Positions 57,330 to 64,000 of a stretch of 64,000 nt of DNA are shown here, one piece after another. Where the stretch lies: IMG/VR virus record IMGVR_UViG_3300042731_009409, positions 29,817-93,816 of that record; one strand, written 5' to 3'. A program made the translations under genes and the position numbers. Positions within the stretch are counted from its first letter, which is position 1. Every line of letters starts with the position of its first letter. The notes under the pieces are model-generated. The model did no database searches. It saw nothing but the letters and a program-made list of their open reading frames with translations, and was not told where the DNA came from. Source of the DNA: a virus.

Positions 57330-57737
57330 TTACACTACCGTTCCGGTTGTAATCACCAGATCAAATGAGCCTTTCGGAAGACCTTTTGATACATCAATTT
57401 TATTTTTGTTCCACTTTGAAAACCATTCAGTTAATTTTTTAAATTTTGTTTTAGAGACTGTTTCATCTTCCTCCCACCATTCTTGATAATCCTTTATTTC
57501 ATCGCAAGATCTTGTTGCGGCTTGCACCAAATACAGATCTAAAGGCAAATCATCTGTATTAATAATATATTTTTGATTTACGTTTAAAAGACTCAATTCT
57601 TCCTTGGTTGGGTCTTTAATTTTAATGTATTCTTGGTTTACGCGTTTCAAAACCCTCAATTCCTCTTCGGTTGGTTTCTCAATTTTAAAATATGATGCCA
57701 CTTCGGGCATTTCGTTCCAAATCAGTAATACATTCAT
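57330..57737 (-). CDS. Hypothetical protein
   Basis: GGAG RBS, coupled. Confidence 0.6.
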   Translation of the reverse strand: MNVLLIWNEMPEVASYFKIEKPTEEELRVLKRVNQEYIKIKDPTKEELSLLNVNQKYIINTDDLPLDLYLVQAATRSCDEIKDYQEWWEEDETVSKTKFKKLTEWFSKWNKNKIDVSKGLPKGSFDLVITTGTVV

Positions 57738-58270
57738 TTCTTACACTCCTTTTTTTGTTTCAAATAATCATACGCTTCTGCAAAGCTCTCGGCTCTAAAC
57801 CTCTCCTGTTTGGCTAAACATTTGCTGCATATGGTTATATGTGGGTCTCCATCTTTGCGCGGCCAGGATGCCCCACAATGTCTGCAACAAGTATCTTGTC
57901 TTAAAACTACGAGATAACCATCTTTCTCACATTTGTGTAAAATGTCGCACAAAGAGTCGGAAATCTCTTCGACCGACTTTCCGGTTGCATCAAACCATTC
58001 GAATTTTTCCAACCAATCCAAAAATATCGCTTTGATCGTGTCCCAACTTGCCAATTTTGCACGCTTTTTGTCTTCTGCCAAACAAAGTGGACATTCATCT
58101 ATATTATCTGTCCACGATATATTTATTGATTTTGGATGATTCAGACATTTAGTATAATATTTTTTATTCATTATTTTTGGCCTTTTGACAAAAAATATAA
58201 TATCCAGCATGAAACACCAAAACTCGAAGAATTGTCGCATACCATTGCGCATTCTTCGGGGTGAACCCAA
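57734..58270 (-). CDS. Hypothetical Cys-rich protein; start probably MNKKYY near 58171
   Basis: CPLC, CRHCG, CSKC. Confidence 0.55.
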   Translation of the reverse strand: MGSPRRMRNGMRQFFEFWCFMLDIIFFVKRPKIMNKKYYTKCLNHPKSINISWTDNIDECPLCLAEDKKRAKLASWDTIKAIFLDWLEKFEWFDATGKSVEEISDSLCDILHKCEKDGYLVVLRQDTCCRHCGASWPRKDGDPHITICSKCLAKQERFRAESFAEAYDYLKQKKECKK

Positions 58271-58473
58271 TCACCATCACTATAATCGTGTGGACACGTG
58301 CCAGTATGATCGGCAACAAATTGACAAGCTCTTTTTAAGGCCTGTTCAAATTCGTTTTCTTCTGAATCTGAACATTCGCAACCAAAACATTTATCGAATT
58401 TTACCCTACAAATCGGGCAAATTTGGTTTTTTAGTTTGTCTTCCATGTTTTTTTCCTTTCCATTCCATTCCAT
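58171..58473 (-). CDS. Hypothetical Cys-rich protein
   Basis: CPICR, TCPHD. Confidence 0.55.
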   Translation of the reverse strand: MEWNGKEKNMEDKLKNQICPICRVKFDKCFGCECSDSEENEFEQALKRACQFVADHTGTCPHDYSDGDWVHPEECAMVCDNSSSFGVSCWILYFLSKGQK

Positions 58474-58981
58474 TCTAAGGTCCCTTAATATTCAGTTTAT
58501 TGTTTTTTTTTGATTTGAGCAAATCATTTTTTTTGCTTGCAAGCAAAAAAAATTATGGCACAATAATATTGCAGATGGGCAAACACAAAAGGAAAATAAA
58601 ATGCAAAAAGAAGAGCCAAAATCAAAAAAAAGAAAAGTCAAAATTGAAAAATATACTAAAAACGTCGGCTGGAGAACAAACTCTCTGGTAGGCAATTCGG
58701 TTTTGTTTGGTTTCGAAAAAGTAAAAAAAGGAATTGTTTACAAAACTGTAGAACGAAAACCATTAGAAGAAGAAGGAGAAAAAAATGTTTTTACAAAAGT
58801 TGGCCTATAAAACACAAACGGGCGAAATCGACATAAAAAAATTTGAATTTTTATGTGATATAGAAGGTTTGCCACACAAACCACAAAGATGTGTGGCCGT
58901 GGCCACCGAAAAGGATAAAAAAGGAAATATAATTAAGACTTATATTTCTACACTAAAAATTAATTTCGGAAGAAGTTAACA

Positions 58982-59242
58982 ATGGAAATAGATTTTAACA
59001 AACTTTCAGAACAACTGACGGCTGCGATCATAAAAGAATCTGAAAAATATACCGGCTTACATGAAAAAATAGTAAATGAAGTTGTAAATGAAGCAATCAT
59101 GCAACAACGCGGTATTTTTTCCGAACTGTGTGAAAAAATATTGACAACATACACAAGCGAGTGTAGAAAAGTTTTTAAACAAACTGTTAGCGATATTGTG
59201 TTGGAATATGCCACTAAAGATCAGGCCGGCCCATCGGCTTGA
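58982..59242 (+). CDS. Hypothetical helical protein
   Basis: GGAAG RBS; natural-looking composition. Confidence 0.55.
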   Translation: MEIDFNKLSEQLTAAIIKESEKYTGLHEKIVNEVVNEAIMQQRGIFSELCEKILTTYTSECRKVFKQTVSDIVLEYATKDQAGPSA

Positions 59243-59505
59243 AAAACCAATCTAACCGTATTCAAATCACCTATAAAATAGATACACCCTACATACGGCC
59301 CCACAGCCCCATCCTGAAGGATTTTGTAAATATCCGTACCAACCCCTACATAATACCGTTTTCGGCCACCAGACCGACAATATTCCAGTTCAACAATGGA
59401 ATTTTTCGGCAAGTTAAGGATTTGCCGTTTGGATAAGACTTTTTTTACAGGTATTTTGCAAATTTCCTCAAAATTCATTTTTTGCAACCTCCAACACATT
59501 GGCAA
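59221..59505 (-). CDS. Hypothetical protein
   Basis: GAGG RBS before MNFEEI. Confidence 0.5.
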   Translation of the reverse strand: MPMCWRLQKMNFEEICKIPVKKVLSKRQILNLPKNSIVELEYCRSGGRKRYYVGVGTDIYKILQDGAVGPYVGCIYFIGDLNTVRLVFQADGPA

Positions 59506-59762
59506 TTTTTACAACTGTCTTCTTTTTCGTCCAAAAACTTTTTGAGATCCGGAGATTGCTGAAAATCAAACAATTCACACGCATTTTTCAATTTGTTTAC
59601 AAATCTACACTTCTTTTTTGCATTAAATGGAATGTCTGACTTTTCATTCCGACAACTGCTGAATAAATAACTATAATATCGACAATCACAACACGTTTTT
59701 TCACCAATCATTTTAAAACCCTTTCTAAGGGAAAGTTTAAACTGTTTTGAAATCCTATGCAA
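59475..59762 (-). CDS. Hypothetical Cys-rich protein
   Basis: TCCDCRYY...C...C; start probably MIGEK. Confidence 0.5.
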   Translation of the reverse strand: MHRISKQFKLSLRKGFKMIGEKTCCDCRYYSYLFSSCRNEKSDIPFNAKKKCRFVNKLKNACELFDFQQSPDLKKFLDEKEDSCKNCQCVGGCKK

Positions 59763-59802
59763 ATATTATTGACATATTAAAAAAAACAAACAAACTTATA
59801 TA

Positions 59803-60159
59803 TTGACGAAAGGAAGCAAAATGAAAAACAAAATCTCAAAAATTTTACAAAAAAACTTCGAAAAAAACATTTCGATTCCAGCAATCGATTCTGGAAATGG
59901 TTCGAGCGGATCTTTTTTAATGGAACCCGACATTTATATGAATATCGATTTAGTCGATCCAAGAGATTGTGAAAGGGTCGAAATGGACAAAAAACTATTT
60001 GTCAAGGTGTTTGAAGATTTATTGATTTCCGGCGAAATGTCAAAGGATTGGGAACAATGGCAGATTTTAAAAGGGAGTGGAGATAACCCTTACACCATTA
60101 CATTTTGGGTTAAAGAAATTTTCAAAAACGTTGTTGTGCATTATGTACAAAAAATTTAG
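59803..60159 (+). CDS. Hypothetical protein; start probably MKNKIS
   Basis: AAGGAAG RBS; C-terminus homologous to a segment of the DnaC-like gene. Confidence 0.6.
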   Translation: MTKGSKMKNKISKILQKNFEKNISIPAIDSGNGSSGSFLMEPDIYMNIDLVDPRDCERVEMDKKLFVKVFEDLLISGEMSKDWEQWQILKGSGDNPYTITFWVKEIFKNVVVHYVQKI

Positions 60160-60383
60160 GAGTCTGTATCTTCGTCGCAATCCGGGACGCCATCGCCCCT
60201 TCCGTGTTCGTTTGTGTCTCCATAATCAGTAGCATCCCAATCGTCAGTATCGGCTATTCCGTCGCCGTCCATATCTCCGTTGTCCTCACACTGTTCGGCT
60301 TTGGCATTTCCAGCGCAGATTGTAATTATAAACGCAACTGCAAACAAAATTATCGAAATTAGTACAACTTTAAAATTTTTCAT
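60156..60383 (-). CDS. Small secreted protein with Ca-binding DxDGDG-type repeats
   Basis: Signal peptide ending AKA; DMDGDGIADTDD and GDGVPDCDED. Confidence 0.7.
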   Translation of the reverse strand: MKNFKVVLISIILFAVAFIITICAGNAKAEQCEDNGDMDGDGIADTDDWDATDYGDTNEHGRGDGVPDCDEDTDS

Positions 60384-60458
60384 TTTTTTTCCTTTGTTTG
60401 TGTTTTTCTGTTCATAATATTATTGTGACATTATTTTTTTTGTTTTCAAACAAAAAAC

Positions 60459-61955
60459 TTGTCTTTTCTAAAAAAACTTGTCTTTTCTAAAAAAATGCAA
60501 TATATTTGCATAGTTATGAAAAAAATAAAAATAGAAATAGAAAATTGTTATACAAAAATTTTTGGTATAAACAGAGAAACAGTGCGAAAATTATCGGATA
60601 TAACATCGTACATTTTAAAAGGTTCGTGGTTTTCAAAATCGTATCAAAAGGGGAATTGGAGCGGAAAGGAAAAATTGCTCGAAATGGTAAAAACCGGCGG
60701 TTACAGGTTTCCAACCGGCCTTTTATACGATGTTACAAAATATTTAGAAAAACAAAAAATCCAATATAAAATAATAGACAAGAGGCGAAAACCAAAACAC
60801 AAAGATTTTGTTCTTTATTCATGGAATCAAAAAATAAAGCTCAGAAATTATCAAAATAAAGCTTTCGAAAAAATATCAAAAAAAGATTTGTATTTCGGCA
60901 ATGGAATTTTAAAAATGCCAATCCGATCTGGAAAAACAAAAACAATTGCCTGGATAATAGGGTTTTTGTCTGTAAGGACATTGTTTATCGTACCATCAAA
61001 ATCCTTATTGTACCAAACCCAAAAAAGTCTAGAAGAATCTCTATTGTGCAAGGTTGGTTTGATCGGTGATGGAAAGTGGGAAGAACAAAATATAACAGTT
61101 GCCACAGCCCAGACTTTATCTAAATCCAGAATGTCCAATGATCCGAAGTGGAAAAAACTCATAAAGCGATATTTTTGTATAATTTTTGATGAAGCACACC
61201 ATTTGACAGCACCAACGTGGCATAAAACAATGATGGAGTTTGACGCTCCATATAAACTCGGTTTAAGTGCCACTGCATTCCCGGAAATGGATGGAAGCCA
61301 GTGGGATAAAGGATCGATATGGCTCAAGGCGTGTTGTGGCAGAATCCGTGTAAGTGTCGATACAAGTGATTTGATTGAACAAGGGTATCTGACAAAACCA
61401 ATCGTAAAACTTTATAAGATAGACAAGCCTGATTTAAGCGGCAAAGGTTGGTCTCAAAGCCTGAGAAACAAGGCAATTTACGAAAATAAAATACGAAACA
61501 AAAAAATAACGGAAGTAGCAAAAAAATATACAAAAAAAGGAAAACTCGTCCTAGTTGTAACAAATCGACTCAACCAAGTTAAAATATTGTCTGAAATGTT
61601 TGATAAAGCTGGAATAAATCACGAAACAATGACAAGCGCAGACTCGACTGAGTCGAGAGAAAACAAAGTTTCGGATTTCGTAAATCACAAAACAGACGCA
61701 TTGATTGGTACGATTTTATCTGAAGGCGTTGATATACCTGAAATTGATGTTGTGATAAATGCAGAAGGCGGAACCGATATAAAATCAACTGTCCAAAAGA
61801 TGAGAAATTTAACAGTTTGCGATGGAAAAAAGAATGCAATTTTTGTTGACTTTATTGATTTGACCAACAAATATTTCGCAAACCATTCAAAATCACGCCT
61901 ATCCGTATATAAATCTGAAAGAGCGTTTAGGGTAAAACTCGTGGCCCAAAAATGA
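60459..61955 (+). CDS. Superfamily-2 DNA helicase (UvsW/XPB-like); start probably MKKIKIEI
   Basis: MPIRSGKT, IIFDEAHH, GLSATA, LSEGVDIP. Confidence 0.93.
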   Translation: MSFLKKLVFSKKMQYICIVMKKIKIEIENCYTKIFGINRETVRKLSDITSYILKGSWFSKSYQKGNWSGKEKLLEMVKTGGYRFPTGLLYDVTKYLEKQKIQYKIIDKRRKPKHKDFVLYSWNQKIKLRNYQNKAFEKISKKDLYFGNGILKMPIRSGKTKTIAWIIGFLSVRTLFIVPSKSLLYQTQKSLEESLLCKVGLIGDGKWEEQNITVATAQTLSKSRMSNDPKWKKLIKRYFCIIFDEAHHLTAPTWHKTMMEFDAPYKLGLSATAFPEMDGSQWDKGSIWLKACCGRIRVSVDTSDLIEQGYLTKPIVKLYKIDKPDLSGKGWSQSLRNKAIYENKIRNKKITEVAKKYTKKGKLVLVVTNRLNQVKILSEMFDKAGINHETMTSADSTESRENKVSDFVNHKTDALIGTILSEGVDIPEIDVVINAEGGTDIKSTVQKMRNLTVCDGKKNAIFVDFIDLTNKYFANHSKSRLSVYKSERAFRVKLVAQK

Positions 61956-62047
61956 TACACGAGACTTCTCCGTGTACCAAAAATGAGCCACACGTGTACC
62001 AAAAATGAGCCACGGGAGAAAATGCCGTGTACCAGAAATGAGCCACG
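61940..62047. repeat. Four tandem copies of the 22-bp motif
   Basis: Copies at 61940 (inverted variant), 61971, 61993, 62026. Confidence 0.9.
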
Positions 62048-62137
62048 GGGAAATTTAAGCTTGTATAAGAATCTAAAAACATGTTAAAACCCTTATATTG
62101 GCTATGCATTTTTTTAATTTACAAAACAAAATAAAAA

Positions 62138-62437
62138 ATGATTAAAAAAGTAGGGATAAAGACAAAAACAGTTAGTTTGCCGGAAGCTTATAGCGAATTA
62201 TCGCCGAATGTTTTTGCTGCTTTTGTGGTACTTTCTACAATTCAAAAAAAGACGTACAAAAGAAACAAAATTCCTAAACTTTTGGGCAAAACAAGATCAA
62301 GTTGTTCCAGATTTCTGGAACAGTTGGTTGCATTAAAATACATTAAAATAAAAAATAAAGGAATTGGAAAACCATCAGTAATTTATTTTCTAAAACGCTT
62401 AGAGGTAGAAAAAGACTCAAGGTTTGTGATCTCATGA
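62138..62437 (+). CDS. Small winged-helix DNA-binding protein
   Basis: IPKLLGKTRSSCSRFLEQLVALKYIKI...SVIYF. Confidence 0.7.
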   Translation: MIKKVGIKTKTVSLPEAYSELSPNVFAAFVVLSTIQKKTYKRNKIPKLLGKTRSSCSRFLEQLVALKYIKIKNKGIGKPSVIYFLKRLEVEKDSRFVIS

Positions 62438-62581
62438 AGTATTTTAAAAGACCGAAGGTCAAGAATGATTATTCTTTTTTAAAGAATAATCATTCTTTTC
62501 TATATTCTGGGAGCAGTATTTCTTTTTTAAAAAACAGAAAAACAAAAAAATTTAAAAAAATGCACAGGAAGTGGATTTCTC

Positions 62582-62603
62582 CGTGTACCAAAAATGAGCC
62601 ACG
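62582..62603 (+). repeat. Single 22-bp motif copy followed by AT-rich low-complexity tract
   Basis: CGTGTACCAAAAATGAGCCACG. Confidence 0.9.
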
Positions 62604-62886
62604 GGGTTTTTCTTTCTTTCTTTTTTTCTTTCTTTCTTTAATAGCTTGTTATATAGCTTATTATATAACTTATTATATAACAGGTGACAAACTTTATATA
62701 TATATGACTCAGCTAAAGCTTCGTCATATATATATAAAGTTTCACTTCGTGATATTTTATATTATACACTTATTTATCTTATCTGCTCTATACAAACTAA
62801 TATACTTAGACATATGTTCTATGTTATATGTCAATTACGATTTGAATCTAATCTAAATCGTATGACTAGAAAAGGATTTCGGAAAG

Positions 62887-63576
62887 ATGCTCGTTGAAGA
62901 GATAAAAAAGATGAAAAATGGTGAAAGGATGAACCCAAAGAAAATTTTGAAGAGGGTTAAAGCAGAAAAGAAGAAAATTGATTGGGGAAAGTTCCCGGAA
63001 CCTGGAATATTTTTGACCAGAAATGAAAAAATGAATAAAGATCTTTCCCGGAAAGGAAAGGTAAAAAAAATTGCTCTTGATAAGCTTGGGAAAAAATTTG
63101 GCGAATGCTATGTGCTTTACAGGAATGCTGCTGAAATAGAATTGGGAAGAAAAAAGGTTTTTATCATAACCGTCAAAAATGAAAAATATTGTGTTGGTGG
63201 TGGGAGCTTTTGTTTTGCCAATATGTTTAACCCATTTTTGTTGTTTCGATATTGGCACGAAATGAAAGATCATTTTTTTGATTTCACGTTTCCACCACTT
63301 TCTTTTATTGCAAGTTCTTATGCTCTGGAAACTGCGTACAACAATGTTTCTCAAATAGAGTTTGGCAATTCTTATTCCAGCATTTGTTGTGGTCTGTCTA
63401 AAATAAAAACAATTTTGAAAAAAAACAATTTTGACATCCCGGATGATGACAGGTTTGTTTTGCAGATAAAACAAACGGCAGAATTTATTAAAAGCGGTAG
63501 AAAAATGTTTGTGACAGAAAATATTAAAAGAATGGTTGATTGTTTGGTGGAATATGAGAACAGAAAAAGAAGTTGA
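62887..63576 (+). CDS. Hypothetical protein, possible replication-initiator partner
   Basis: 229 aa overlapping the DnaC-like gene; GGA RBS. Confidence 0.6.
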   Translation: MLVEEIKKMKNGERMNPKKILKRVKAEKKKIDWGKFPEPGIFLTRNEKMNKDLSRKGKVKKIALDKLGKKFGECYVLYRNAAEIELGRKKVFIITVKNEKYCVGGGSFCFANMFNPFLLFRYWHEMKDHFFDFTFPPLSFIASSYALETAYNNVSQIEFGNSYSSICCGLSKIKTILKKNNFDIPDDDRFVLQIKQTAEFIKSGRKMFVTENIKRMVDCLVEYENRKRS

Positions 63577-64000
63577 AAAATTTTTTGAATCTGTAAACAG
63601 CAGAAATCTAAATAGCGAAAAAAAATATTTTTATAAACAAGCGTATGAGGGCTGTTTGCCTTTTGGTTTTTTTAATGTTTTGCACAAAAAAATAACACAC
63701 AATAAAGAAATTTTTGAAAACATTGTTGTGCGCTATGTGCAAAAAATAGATGTTGTTCTAAAAAATGGTTACGGTTTAATTTTTACTGGCGATAACGGAA
63801 CCGGGAAAACACATTTTGTTTCTTACATTTTGTCATCAGCGATTAAAAAAAGAAGGACCGTTTATTACACAACTCTTCCAGAGCTTGAAAATAATTTAAA
63901 GCGAGGGTTTTCAGAATGGGACATAAATAAAAGATTGGATTATTTTTTAAGTTCTGATTTTCTAGCAATAGACGAAGTCGGCAAAGAGCTTGTTGGAAAA
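63554..64000 (+). CDS. DnaC/IstB-like AAA+ helicase loader (runs off window, not in ORF track)
   Basis: Manual translation GLIFTGDNGTGKTH...YYTTLPEL...SDFLAIDEVGKE. Confidence 0.9.
   Translation, partial: MRTEKEVEKFFESVNSRNLNSEKKYFYKQAYEGCLPFGFFNVLHKKITHNKEIFENIVVRYVQKIDVVLKNGYGLIFTGDNGTGKTHFVSYILSSAIKKRRTVYYTTLPELENNLKRGFSEWDINKRLDYFLSSDFLAIDEVGKELVGK

Larger units (their letters stand above)
1..64000. mobile_element. Tailed phage (myovirus-type) genome segment; window lies entirely inside the element
   Basis: TerL, portal, protease, HK97-type capsid, sheath, tube, tape measure and baseplate genes in conserved order; no host housekeeping genes. Confidence 0.97.

Noticed and set aside
58492-58979. 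Short ORFs at the strand-switch region (58500, 58601, 58785)
   Set aside because: Overlapping and Lys-rich with no recognisable motif; could not decide which, if any, is real
61940-62047. CRISPR mini-array from the 22-bp repeats
   Set aside because: Gaps of 0-11 bp, mixed orientation, no unique spacers and no cas genes
60111-63747. DGR template/variable repeat pair
   Set aside because: Mismatches are not adenine-specific and there is no reverse transcriptase in the window; the same applies to the RHH duplication
1-64000. Stop-codon recoding, tRNA genes, integrase, introns or inteins
   Set aside because: Core genes are full length in the standard code using TAA, TAG and TGA stops; no cloverleaf, recombinase or splicing motifs were recognised by eye

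Overview
An AT-rich 64 kb segment of a tailed dsDNA phage or prophage with a contractile (myovirus-type) tail. From 1 to about 32 kb, all on the minus strand, it carries the morphogenesis module: spike, hub, tube initiator, tape measure, tail chaperones with a predicted -1 frameshift, tube, sheath, neck, fibre-like proteins, major capsid, scaffold, protease, head morphogenesis, portal, TerL, amidase endolysin and a probable TerS. From about 32 to 60 kb lies a mostly minus-strand accessory region of short genes. It includes two pentapeptide-repeat proteins, a DenV-like glycosylase, a coupled HARP-like/SNF2/degenerate-SNF2/IbrA/IbrB cassette, four Cys-X-X repeat paralogs with 8-36 Cys units and a duplicated RHH gene. 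These genes are joined by recurrent promoter/RBS cassettes; three of the promoters have a GAAC-N4-GTTC palindrome next to the -35. From about 60 to 64 kb, on the plus strand, are a superfamily-2 helicase, a small wHTH protein and a DnaC/IstB-like ATPase. A 22-bp CGTG-N14-CACG motif occurs 12 times in two clusters (51.6-53.9 kb and 61.9-62.6 kb). No integrase, tRNA, CRISPR array or reverse transcriptase was recognised. All product calls come from motif recognition by eye, not from database searches.
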